DNA of 36,462 nucleotides from an uncultured virus (IMG/VR IMGVR_UViG_3300032282_003039), in IMG/VR virus record IMGVR_UViG_3300032282_003039, positions 1 through 36,462 of that record; one strand, 5' to 3'. The position numbers and the translations under genes were made by a program. Below are positions 1 through 8,206 of the stretch, piece by piece; positions within the stretch are counted from its first letter, which is position 1; each line of letters opens with the position of its first letter. The notes beneath the pieces are model-generated. The model saw only the letters and a program-made list of their open reading frames with translations, searched no databases and was not told the origin of the DNA.

Positions 1-347
1 AACTGTGACCCTTGCTCGAGTAGCCATACTAAGTTCTCCAAGTTCACGATGTAGATGTTTGCTGTAGTCTTGATTGCCGTTAAACGCTGCGACGGCGTTC
101 CTAAGATCTTCGCTATCGTCAAGTGCTGCAAATGTTGCCATTTTTTAGTCTCCTGTTCCCATACGGTCTCTGCTACTCGTTTAGGTGCCACAATTAAAGT
201 TGATCCTGCAAACTGTTGCGCAATAATAGTCAAAGTAGTGGCCGTTTTGCCAAGACCGGGGGGTAAAAATAAACCCATGTTTGGTACAGACAGCGCTTTA
301 TCAATAATTCCTAATTGATACGGATGAAGATTGTTTTTACTTAGCAC
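1..347 (-). CDS. SNF2-family (SF2) helicase, N-terminal part, runs off the window
   Basis: Not in the ORF track. Manual translation from GTG at 347 gives MLSKNNLHPYQLGIIDKALSVPNMGLFLPPGLGKTATTL...TLIVAPKRVAETVWEQE, with Q motif (LHPYQ), Walker A (GLGKT) and motif Ia (LIVAP). Confidence 0.88.
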   Translation of the reverse strand, partial: MLSKNNLHPYQLGIIDKALSVPNMGLFLPPGLGKTATTLTIIAQQFAGSTLIVAPKRVAETVWEQETKKWQHLQHLTIAKILGTPSQRLTAIKTTANIYIVNLENLVWLLEQGSQ

Positions 348-750
348 GTCGGTTTCCTTTTGAGGCATTCTCTGGTTTTGTAAGCAGTGTTAAATTCCAC
401 GGCACGTGTAGCCCACAAACGTCTTCACCTTGTAGTGGTTCTATATGATCTACTTCATATGCTTCACCCATAAAAATAGTTGCCAATTTAGCTCTTCTGT
501 ACCAGTTATTTATCTCGGGTTTTAAATGTTCTTTGCCCCATTTTAGCATGCGATTTAATTTAATAATTCGATATCTTGCTTTTTTGGCATTGTTTTTGTC
601 TTTGTTGTTTTGCGCCCAGGTACTGTTGTATTTTCTATCACAAATTTTGCAGTAAGTTCTAAAATTATCTTTTCTATATTTATCCTTGTTAAATTCACTT
701 TTGGGTTTTACTTGTTCGCACTTCGGACATTGTTTGGTTAATAAAGTCAT
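337..750 (-). CDS. HNH endonuclease with N-terminal zinc finger
   Basis: CPKC...CKIC zinc finger; C-terminal VDHIEPLQG..VCGLHVPWNL..L...EN HNH motif. Confidence 0.88.
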   Translation of the reverse strand: MTLLTKQCPKCEQVKPKSEFNKDKYRKDNFRTYCKICDRKYNSTWAQNNKDKNNAKKARYRIIKLNRMLKWGKEHLKPEINNWYRRAKLATIFMGEAYEVDHIEPLQGEDVCGLHVPWNLTLLTKPENASKGNRRAK

Positions 751-1000
751 CTACATCTTCTTTCGATCTTAATATATGTACCGGAAATCCTGCTTCACCC
801 AATTGGTCAAAAACCAGACCTTGTCTCGGACTCACTGTCCCCGTCGGTGTTTTTAGTTCTACGAATATTACTTTTTCGTTTAGTATTACTATCCGATCTG
901 GTACCCCCGTTATCGTGCTCTGCCATTTGAATGAGAGCCCCAATGATTGCCTGATTTTTTTTGTCAAGTAACTTTCTATCTCTTTCTCTAGCACGCTCAC
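695..1000 (-). CDS. VRR-NUC domain (PD-(D/E)xK) nuclease
   Basis: LEKEIE...GVPDRIV...FVELKTPTG.VSPRQ motifs. Start reassigned from 1093 to GTG at 1000, which follows the SD-like GAGGAGG. Lies next to the SNF2 helicase, a common pairing. Confidence 0.85.
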   Translation of the reverse strand: MSVLEKEIESYLTKKIRQSLGLSFKWQSTITGVPDRIVILNEKVIFVELKTPTGTVSPRQGLVFDQLGEAGFPVHILRSKEDVDDFINQTMSEVRTSKTQK

Positions 1001-1400
1001 GTTTGTCCTCCTCGGTGGCATAGGCCGCAAATACTTGTTTAAATAAATACTCAGTAAAATAAGCCCGTGACTCATCGCCAATTTTAGACTCATCTTCGCC
1101 TACGTGCTCAAACACATGAGTCACAGTATGAACCGTTTCATGTACTATAACTCCCATCTTTTCAAGCGATTCCATTTTTTCCATCTCATCCAAATTAAAC
1201 ACAATGGCAATCAACACATTTTGAGTGCCGTCTTGCTGGATATGATGGGACTCAGCCACTCCAAGATCAAGTGCTGAATGTTTGGTTGTGATGTTTGCAT
1301 TTTTAAGCGCTTCTTGAAACGCGGCATCATTAAAGCAGATTTTGACTTTATGTTCAAAATATCCGGTGTCCGCTACGTAATACGGCAGTTTCTTTTTCAT
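807..1400 (-). CDS. hypothetical protein with HExxH (zincin-like) motif
   Basis: VIVHETVHTVTH...DESRAY motif; its C-terminal 194 nt overlap the VRR-NUC gene. Confidence 0.6.
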   Translation of the reverse strand: MKKKLPYYVADTGYFEHKVKICFNDAAFQEALKNANITTKHSALDLGVAESHHIQQDGTQNVLIAIVFNLDEMEKMESLEKMGVIVHETVHTVTHVFEHVGEDESKIGDESRAYFTEYLFKQVFAAYATEEDKRERARERDRKLLDKKNQAIIGALIQMAEHDNGGTRSDSNTKRKSNIRRTKNTDGDSESETRSGF

Positions 1401-1657
1401 ATCATCCTTTTAAACAAACGTTTATACCAAGGTTTGGTTGCGTATTGTTCTGAGATGTGTTGCTTTAATATACTGATTACCCCCAATTCAATTAATTTAC
1501 CTTTGGTGTAGTCGTTCATTTCAACAATACAATTAACCGACCCGTCAGAGTTTTCATCAATCTTTTCGACTGTAAATTGAATTATCTGATCCTCCGGTAC
1601 AGGATCCTTCTTTAAACCAGAGGTTTTGCGCTTCTTTGACATATTCTCTAAGACCAT
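1397..1657 (-). CDS. hypothetical protein
   Basis: 86-aa ORF with an ATGA overlap into the next gene; co-oriented in the operon. Confidence 0.55.
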   Translation of the reverse strand: MVLENMSKKRKTSGLKKDPVPEDQIIQFTVEKIDENSDGSVNCIVEMNDYTKGKLIELGVISILKQHISEQYATKPWYKRLFKRMI

Positions 1658-1733
1658 TTGTTTTTTCCTTTTTAAATATATTATCCCAATTGTTACGATA
1701 CTCGTCAGTTACTTTCTTTTGATTTTCATTCAT
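1557..1733 (-). CDS. small hypothetical protein (58 aa)
   Basis: Manual translation MNENQKKVTDEYRNNWDNIFKKEK...; ATGA-coupled to the 1730..1987 ORF; overlaps 1397..1657 by 101 nt. Confidence 0.45.
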   Translation of the reverse strand: MNENQKKVTDEYRNNWDNIFKKEKTNGLREYVKEAQNLWFKEGSCTGGSDNSIYSRKD

Positions 1734-1987
1734 AGTCTAAACCTTTTTGCTGAGGGTTTTATGCCGTACTTTAACCTTAACTTTGTGGTGGCTAGTCTAG
1801 AGAACGTTTGGTTGCGCCAACCTTGTTGCGATCGTCTAAGTCTTTGCGCTTTAAAAAACTTCTGTGCATAGAACGTCCTATCAAGCGCAAAGTCTCTGAG
1901 ACAACGCCTTTTTCCCATTCCGCCAAACACTGCCGTGAAGTTGTTTCTCTTAATCGTTTTTTTAAATCTAAATTTAGTTTCATTCAA
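1730..1987 (-). CDS. very basic hypothetical protein
   Basis: 85 aa, R/K-rich; ATGA overlap with the primase-helicase stop codon. Confidence 0.55.
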   Translation of the reverse strand: MNETKFRFKKTIKRNNFTAVFGGMGKRRCLRDFALDRTFYAQKFFKAQRLRRSQQGWRNQTFSRLATTKLRLKYGIKPSAKRFRL

Positions 1988-4305
1988 GAAAATACTCCTT
2001 CGTTAAGAGATTCAACGGTGTCAATATAAGCTTTAGCCTCTGCGTTTAACTTTATACCACGGTAAATGTGAGTGCGCGCCCCATTAGTTCTATCAATGTC
2101 TACAAGTATTCTATGTTCTTGAGTTGCAGCTAAGAATCTGCGTTTAAATGCCAGCTCAGTGCCCGGGGGTATGGACTTTTTAAATGCCCACCGTTTGTAG
2201 CAAGCAAATACATCGTCCTTAGACACAAAGCCGGCAATATCAAACTCTAAAGCATCTTCTACAAAAGAGCCGATTGGATTGCCCAATTCCGACATTAGTT
2301 CTAATAACGATCTGCCTGACGATGGTTGAACAAAATGACCACCTCTTGCAAGACGGCGTTTAAGTCCTTCCATAGCCCAGTTAAAAATCCCTGCTAATTC
2401 TTGCTCCAGTTTGTAGTAAAGATCGGTATCTTCATTGTCATAAAATGACTTAGACATCTTTAACACAATCATACGGCCAACCAAAGCGTTGGAATTTTCA
2501 GTAAGTTGTAGCGCCTCGTTGGAGTAAACTACGAGTCTGGTTGGGAGGTATCCCGACCAAGCCTCTTTGTTTTTTCGGTTAACAGTAACTGTATCACCGC
2601 CCACAATGCGTAAAAGCTGAGAAACGACAGCACCGCGATTGCGCTCAGGAGCGCGAGCATCGGTAAAGGATGCGAGAAGCTTGCCAAGCCAAGGTTGTAG
2701 CCCAAATGTATCACAGAGTTCCTCCAGTTGTGGTGCGACCGTATTGTGCTGACCTAAGAGCGCTACCAACACTTTGTTGATGGTGCCCTTACCGCTACGT
2801 CTCGGACCAATGATGTTAAAAAACTTTTGTTGGCGAGTGTCCCCGCTCAAAATGTAACCGAACATTTCCTGCAATGTGTCGATTGACTCTTGATCATCGT
2901 CCCAAATTGAGTGCATAAATTTCATCCACTCTGGGCACTTGGCTTCTTGGTCATACACAAAGGGTAGTGAATTTTGTGTAAAGAAACCTAATGAATGGGG
3001 CAGTATGATGTAGTCCTTCAAATGAAATATGCCGTTCTTTAAGCTAATTAAGTCCGATGCGTCTGGTTTGCTCTGCGCATACGCTTCTAACCAAATCGGC
3101 GGCTTAGTGTTGGCATGGTTTTGTAAATGGACAATCGACTTAATTGCGTCCAAAGCGGCTGAAACGGTAGCTGGCGATGGATTAAAAGGTTGTAGATCCC
3201 CTTTTTTACTTGATTTTTTGCATTTGTCCAGTAAAGCATATAACTTCGACCTAATGGTTGCTTCTTCAATAATTTCGTAGTGTGTTCCTACATACAAATA
3301 AAAGTCATCTGCATAATGCACTAAACGATACCCTTCTTCGCTGGAGTAATGACTGTCTAAAAAGGTACGAGCGTGGTTCATAGCGCCTTGGTCAAGAATA
3401 ATCTCACCTCTCGCCAAGGCTTGCTGCTTTTCCTTGTGGTTTACCTTAAAGATAAGCGACCGTAGTGTGCATCCTGCCTCTTTACGGAACGTTGCCCATT
3501 TTGCATAACATGAATTGGAACCGGTAGTCTGGTACCCTGGTGCGTTACCGTCGTTGTAAGACCACCGATCCCACAAATCACATGCCTCAGGATCGCCCCT
3601 AAACTGATGGTGTAAAGCAAACCCTACCGCCATCCAATCAGAATACCCGCAGTTAGGATCAAGCTTAGACAATATCTCAGTCTCCACTCTGGCTAAGTCG
3701 TAGTCTGGCACTGGCGGGGTGTAATCCTCAAAACTATCGCCTGTTAGGTGAATTGTCCTTTCAGGCACTATGGTCGATATGTTTTGCTCTTCTTGTGGAA
3801 TCGAGCCAGACAAATGACTCCCCGTCACAGTGAAGTACCGCCCCTGTGGATAAATCTCAAGTCCGATGCTATGGTCAACATGAGCCGCTTTTAACGACGC
3901 TCTGGTAAAAATCTTAACCCCTGTACCGCTGGGACTAACTTCCATATAACCGTCTATGGACTCGGCTAATTGCTGCATTGCAGCATTTGTGAAACGCTGA
4001 GTCGCGGAGTCAAAACAGTCGTCTAGGTCGATGCCTATCAAATTGTCCTCATCCGAAAAGACAAAACCCACCCCAGCAAATCGGTCTGGATTGGCTTCGT
4101 AAGCATGTTGGACAGCAAGGAAGTCTGACCAAGTCTGGGAGTTTGTAGATGAGGCTGATAGGTTATTTGCCTGAGTGGGCAGTTTGCTCCACCGTTTGTT
4201 ACCCTCTTCGCCAACCTCTACATATCGCCATAGAACCCAGCGGGGTATTCGTTTTAACTCCATTGGTATGGCGTTAAAATTGACTGGCAGTGTGGTCGGT
4301 TTCAT
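1984..4305 (-). CDS. primase (AEP/PrimPol-type) + PriCT-2 + D5-type SF3 helicase fusion
   Basis: GVGFVF...IGIDLDDC, YMEVSPSGTG and LEIYPQGRYFTVTG primase motifs; GYSDWMAVGFALH..WDRWS (PriCT-2); Walker A GPRRSGKGT. Start placed at ATG 4305 after SD AAGGAG. Confidence 0.92.
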   Translation of the reverse strand: MKPTTLPVNFNAIPMELKRIPRWVLWRYVEVGEEGNKRWSKLPTQANNLSASSTNSQTWSDFLAVQHAYEANPDRFAGVGFVFSDEDNLIGIDLDDCFDSATQRFTNAAMQQLAESIDGYMEVSPSGTGVKIFTRASLKAAHVDHSIGLEIYPQGRYFTVTGSHLSGSIPQEEQNISTIVPERTIHLTGDSFEDYTPPVPDYDLARVETEILSKLDPNCGYSDWMAVGFALHHQFRGDPEACDLWDRWSYNDGNAPGYQTTGSNSCYAKWATFRKEAGCTLRSLIFKVNHKEKQQALARGEIILDQGAMNHARTFLDSHYSSEEGYRLVHYADDFYLYVGTHYEIIEEATIRSKLYALLDKCKKSSKKGDLQPFNPSPATVSAALDAIKSIVHLQNHANTKPPIWLEAYAQSKPDASDLISLKNGIFHLKDYIILPHSLGFFTQNSLPFVYDQEAKCPEWMKFMHSIWDDDQESIDTLQEMFGYILSGDTRQQKFFNIIGPRRSGKGTINKVLVALLGQHNTVAPQLEELCDTFGLQPWLGKLLASFTDARAPERNRGAVVSQLLRIVGGDTVTVNRKNKEAWSGYLPTRLVVYSNEALQLTENSNALVGRMIVLKMSKSFYDNEDTDLYYKLEQELAGIFNWAMEGLKRRLARGGHFVQPSSGRSLLELMSELGNPIGSFVEDALEFDIAGFVSKDDVFACYKRWAFKKSIPPGTELAFKRRFLAATQEHRILVDIDRTNGARTHIYRGIKLNAEAKAYIDTVESLNEGVFS

Positions 4306-4339
4306 TAATTTCTCCTTAATTTCTTGATATCCTACCATA

Positions 4340-4354
4340 TACTAATGCAAACTT
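4340..4354 (-). promoter_or_regulatory. phage-specific promoter -10-like element AAGTTTGCATTAGTA
   Basis: Same GCATTAGT core as the four plus-strand motifs; lacks the GGCGGA upstream element; lies just upstream of the primase-helicase gene. Confidence 0.6.
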
Positions 4355-4406
4355 CATAATATCTTTTAGTTATAAAGGTTGTTTTCTATATAACTAAAAG
4401 TTTGGT

Positions 4407-4526
4407 TTTGTACCAGTAGTACTAGTAGTACCCCTTTATTCTACTTTATTTTTTATTTTTTATTTTTAAATTAAAAAAATATAAAAAGAGTTGAAGTAAG
4501 GGGTACTACTAGTACTACCCATACAA
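4407..4526. repeat. 120-bp element A: inverted repeats around an AT-rich core (origin- or terminus-like)
   Basis: Perfect 21-bp inverted repeat 4416-4436 / 4498-4518 around an almost pure A/T spacer; inverted homologue at 15752-15871. Confidence 0.9.
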
Positions 4527-4623
4527 TTTTATATAGCGGCTTGAATACAGAGCCTAGGAGGCGTTTTCCAAAAAAGTAAGGGGGTAGTAGCACCACCCCC
4601 TTAAAAACGCCGTATAGAGCGTT

Positions 4624-4755
4624 TTAGAGGCAAAAGACCGTTCCTATGGTAGTTACGGTACAGCTTGTTATCTTTCCGTCAGGCATAAAGACAACCTGAG
4701 CTTTTAAAGTTGTAGTCAAAAACAAAATTGCCAGAAATGCTAAAAATCGTTTCAT
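4624..4755 (-). CDS. small exported peptide (signal peptide plus two-Cys mature part)
   Basis: Manual translation MKRFLAFLAILFLTTTLKAQVVFMPDGKITSCTVTTIGTVFCL; SD-like GGAG upstream. Confidence 0.65.
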   Translation of the reverse strand: MKRFLAFLAILFLTTTLKAQVVFMPDGKITSCTVTTIGTVFCL

Positions 4756-4802
4756 AAAAATTTCACTCCTTTTTTTCAAAAAATCTAAACCTATATAAGG
4801 AC

Positions 4803-5003
4803 TTATTGAGGCTCATAGCCCGTTTGTTGAAGGTGCCGGTAAAACCATTTGCGAAAATGTTCCCTGTTTTTAGAGGTTTGCTTGTCGTTTGTGTCCCAAA
4901 CTGCCTGAATCACAAACTCCCCATCTAGGCTATGTGCCTCAATGTGGGTAAGATTACCCTCTTTATCGTATATGTCGGTGCAAATTACTCGCTTATCCAT
5001 CAT
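4803..5003 (-). CDS. hypothetical protein
   Basis: 66-aa ORF, ATGA-coupled to the upstream gene. Confidence 0.65.
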   Translation of the reverse strand: MMDKRVICTDIYDKEGNLTHIEAHSLDGEFVIQAVWDTNDKQTSKNREHFRKWFYRHLQQTGYEPQ

Positions 5004-5308
5004 AATTCCTTGATTTTGCTTGGTTTATCTTCCCATGAATCAACCACTCCATAATCCCCCCTACTTGATCTCATGCGTTCTTTTTCCCTAAATGCGGGTT
5101 CAACTTCTAACCATTCTTTAAATGCTTGTTTAAACTCTGCCCAATCTTCGTTTAAAACAAAAAGCGGGTGATTCATTCCAACAATATCGACTGTTTCGGT
5201 GTAATCTTTAGCGGGTATCCACTTTCCTTTTCCCCCAAAAATCTTGTTTCGTGCCTTAATAAATCTATCGTATGCCCTTTGTTGCTCATGGGTAAACTTA
5301 ATCATCAT
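5000..5308 (-). CDS. hypothetical protein
   Basis: 102-aa ORF overlapping the sigma-factor stop codon; SD GAGGA. Confidence 0.7.
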   Translation of the reverse strand: MMIKFTHEQQRAYDRFIKARNKIFGGKGKWIPAKDYTETVDIVGMNHPLFVLNEDWAEFKQAFKEWLEVEPAFREKERMRSSRGDYGVVDSWEDKPSKIKEL

Positions 5309-5867
5309 TGATATCCTCTAATTTTTCTTGGTTTAAATTGTCGATTGATACAGGTTCACGCATTACATAGCCCTGTAATTGGTTTAACTTAGCAACTGAT
5401 ATACCCATGATTTTTGCTAACTCATGCGGTTTTGGTTTTCTGCCTAGTATTTGGGATAATGCCCTGTCGTTGTAATTCATTTTCTTAACCAATTCCATGA
5501 TGTTAATTGGTAGTCTTATGATGTTGGCGGTGTTGTCTAACTCCCGCCTAACACCTTTTAAAATGAATGATTTTGCGTAGGTTGCAAACTTAGCCCTGTT
5601 TTTGGGTTTCCAACTTCGCCCCGCTAAAAACAGGCACTCATTACCCATAGCAATAATGTCCTCAACAGGCACTTTGCCATGATTCCATGCAGTCATCTTA
5701 CGCACTAAATACACTACAAAGCGTAGGTTGTGGGTGATGAGGGTATTTAATGCCCCATCATCACCCGCTTGTATGCGTTTTGCTAATTCGTGTTCCTGAT
5801 CTATTGTTAGGGGTTCGATTCCATAAAGGGCTTGTAGGTAATTGCTTAATAGGTCGTTTTCTGTCAT
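5298..5867 (-). CDS. sigma70-family RNA polymerase sigma factor (regions 1.2, 2, 3; no region 4)
   Basis: NYLQAL..LT..QE.ELA..IQAGD..A...LI..NLRFVV; GN..L; KFATYA..I; IIRLP; ELAKIMGIS...EPVSID, then a stop codon. Confidence 0.9.
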   Translation of the reverse strand: MTENDLLSNYLQALYGIEPLTIDQEHELAKRIQAGDDGALNTLITHNLRFVVYLVRKMTAWNHGKVPVEDIIAMGNECLFLAGRSWKPKNRAKFATYAKSFILKGVRRELDNTANIIRLPINIMELVKKMNYNDRALSQILGRKPKPHELAKIMGISVAKLNQLQGYVMREPVSIDNLNQEKLEDINDD

Positions 5868-5870
5868 TAA

Positions 5871-5909
5871 ATTTCATAATGTGAAATGGAAAACCCCGAT
5901 TATAACACA
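5871..5909 (-). promoter_or_regulatory. host sigma70 extended -10 promoter plus palindromic operator upstream of the phage sigma gene
   Basis: TGTG-T-TATAAT at 5909-5899 (TRTGn-TATAAT); palindrome ATTTCA-taatg-TGAAAT at 5871-5887. Confidence 0.6.
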
Positions 5910-5911
5910 AC

Positions 5912-6043
5912 TTAAAAATAATGTTTGTATAGCAAATAAAACCCTATTATTGGTATAACTATTAGTGATATCTCTGCTAAATTCTGAATAACCCAAATTA
6001 TTGTAACCAATGGTAAAAATAAAAACCCGCCAATAATGCTCAT
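5912..6043 (-). CDS. small hydrophobic membrane protein (43 aa)
   Basis: Manual translation MSIIGGFLFLPLVTIIWVIQNLAEISLIVIPIIGFYLLYKHYF; ATGA-coupled; SD GGAGAGG. Confidence 0.6.
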   Translation of the reverse strand: MSIIGGFLFLPLVTIIWVIQNLAEISLIVIPIIGFYLLYKHYF

Positions 6044-6228
6044 ATTAAAGCCTCTCCGCAAAGTAATAGTGAAGTTTCGTAAGGTGATGCCTGTTTAGGT
6101 AGTTTTTTTAGCGTTGTTCCCTTTGTTAGATATGGTCTAGCCTCTTGTTCGGTTGCGAATTTGCGTAAGGTGTCCCCAAACTCATCAACTAAAATAAATT
6201 TATACACAGATTGTTTAAACAACTTCAT
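6040..6228 (-). CDS. hypothetical protein
   Basis: 62-aa ORF in a tightly packed operon. Confidence 0.6.
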   Translation of the reverse strand: MKLFKQSVYKFILVDEFGDTLRKFATEQEARPYLTKGTTLKKLPKQASPYETSLLLCGEALI

Positions 6229-6478
6229 TGTCGCAAAATTTTTTGACTAGGTAGTAGTAATCTTTTCCTTCACCATTAAGTAAATGTTCGCCAACCCCTT
6301 CTAATGGTTTATTGTATTCGCAAAGGTTTAAGATACTTATTGCCTCAACAATCCATTGTGGCAATTCAGATACCTTTAGGTGCTTTACTACATCTGCGTA
6401 ATCCCTAGTAAGGTCTAAATCGGTGATGATTGCCTCATCACCGATTATATCCAATCGAAATGTATTGGGATATGTCAA
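6215..6478 (-). CDS. hypothetical protein; possible paralogue of the C-terminus of 6475..7305
   Basis: ELPQWIVEAISILNL...EGVG resembles DLPQDILEKLVILDL...EGLG in the upstream protein. Confidence 0.7.
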   Translation of the reverse strand: MTYPNTFRLDIIGDEAIITDLDLTRDYADVVKHLKVSELPQWIVEAISILNLCEYNKPLEGVGEHLLNGEGKDYYYLVKKFCDNEVV

Positions 6479-7305
6479 GCGAACACCGAATAAAAATCGG
6501 GTTTTTCTTTAACTCCCAACCCCTCATGCACTTCTATATTTTTTATATCCATGAGGTCTAGTATAACAAGTTTTTCTAAAATGTCTTGAGGTAGGTCTTG
6601 TTTAAACTTAACCACTATTTCGTCTGCAATAGGGCTATCTTTTTCAAACAATCTATACACAACTTGCGAGTTTCTTACCCACACATTATAATATTGCGGA
6701 TTATATACAGAAGTTTTAGATTCTTTTTCTTTGTAGGCTACTAAAAATTCAATAGCCTCTTGAAATTCTTTACTTATCGGTTTGTATCCTGTTTCATGCA
6801 ATTTCAGCATATCTGCGTGTAAACTATGCGGTATGTGATTAGTTCCATTATCTAACTCCCATGTATCGGTATTTTGTTTGCCGTAAATATGACTAGACAT
6901 CTGCCTAATATACAATCTGTCTTTATAATCCGACATTGTAGGTATTTTTAAAACCTCTTTAGCGATCTTAATGATATTTTTCATGTATATAGACGAATTA
7001 GCGTTCTCAGGTGAGCCACTCATATATCTACCCTGAGAATAAAAAGCACTACTAACCCACCATGCTTTATTATCTTTATAATATCCAATAGCCCCAACTC
7101 TTAGATCGGGTTCGTGTTTAAAGTAGATTTCGAGATAATTATAGTCGCAAGTTTCCTTACGATTCCATTCATTTTCTTTTGGTTTAAACAAGTAATTGTC
7201 ATTTTGTTTGATTAACTCATCACGCAAAACAATCACTTCGTCATTTAATTCAACATTATCTATTATTGTTTTCATAGTGTTATTCCCAACTCCTGTATTT
7301 ATCAT
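6475..7305 (-). CDS. hypothetical early protein
   Basis: 276-aa ORF; an alternative start at MKTIIDN follows SD AGGAG. Confidence 0.75.
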   Translation of the reverse strand: MINTGVGNNTMKTIIDNVELNDEVIVLRDELIKQNDNYLFKPKENEWNRKETCDYNYLEIYFKHEPDLRVGAIGYYKDNKAWWVSSAFYSQGRYMSGSPENANSSIYMKNIIKIAKEVLKIPTMSDYKDRLYIRQMSSHIYGKQNTDTWELDNGTNHIPHSLHADMLKLHETGYKPISKEFQEAIEFLVAYKEKESKTSVYNPQYYNVWVRNSQVVYRLFEKDSPIADEIVVKFKQDLPQDILEKLVILDLMDIKNIEVHEGLGVKEKPDFYSVFA

Positions 7306-8206
7306 AGACTAATTCACCTATTGGCACTTCAACTAATTTAAAAGGTTTTACTTTACGATATAGATGATTGTAAATGTATTTATTAAGTGATTTTTTATTG
7401 TATTCAATCGTATGCCTACCAAAATTATAGTATTCATTTTTAATCATGCGTTTATATTTTTCCACCAACTCAAACCAAACCTGATCAGCATCATGTTTAA
7501 ACAAGATGTCAATCGGAATATCATCTAGCGGGTTGCCACTATGATATTTGTCTGTTTCAATCAAATCAATCATAGTGTTAGCGTAATCAACAAAGGGCTT
7601 GATGTTTTTCCTTAATTCTTTGGTCTGTTCTTTATCTAACTCCCGAACAATCTCCCTATGCACTTGTAATGGTGAAAAATTGGGTTTATCTGGTTGCTTA
7701 CTAAAAACCAAATCACCCTTTGCCATTGTGTAGTATTTAGTCTTTTCATTAACAGTATGGGCTAAATATTTTTTACCCCTGTGGTTGTGCATACTAAACT
7801 CATGTGGCATTTTGTAATGGTAAAACCATAACATAGATGGGGTATCTAACCATCTAGGCATCAACTGATGGTTGTTCGTTTTGGGGGTATGAATTACGAT
7901 TGTTTCAGTATCATACCTTTTACTAAATGTAATTGCTCGACAATGGTTTTCAAAAACATCTTTAGTTTTGCTTTGAACCCAAGCATACGAATTAGCACTA
8001 ACATAATATTCTGTATCACTAACTTTAAAAACCCTTTCATGCGATCTGCCCCGATCACCAAGCGGTCTAATGTTTAAACTAGCCCTTTTGCCTTGAATTG
8101 GTTTTGTGTTTTCATAAATCTCTTTTACTTTATCAAAAGATAATCTATTTTGGTTGTCTATTTGCACTTGTAGGGGGGTGCGTGTTCCCCATTTTGAATA
8201 TCCCAT
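7280..8206 (-). CDS. hypothetical early protein
   Basis: 308-aa ORF, TAATG-coupled to the VWA gene. Confidence 0.75.
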   Translation of the reverse strand: MGYSKWGTRTPLQVQIDNQNRLSFDKVKEIYENTKPIQGKRASLNIRPLGDRGRSHERVFKVSDTEYYVSANSYAWVQSKTKDVFENHCRAITFSKRYDTETIVIHTPKTNNHQLMPRWLDTPSMLWFYHYKMPHEFSMHNHRGKKYLAHTVNEKTKYYTMAKGDLVFSKQPDKPNFSPLQVHREIVRELDKEQTKELRKNIKPFVDYANTMIDLIETDKYHSGNPLDDIPIDILFKHDADQVWFELVEKYKRMIKNEYYNFGRHTIEYNKKSLNKYIYNHLYRKVKPFKLVEVPIGELVYDKYRSWE

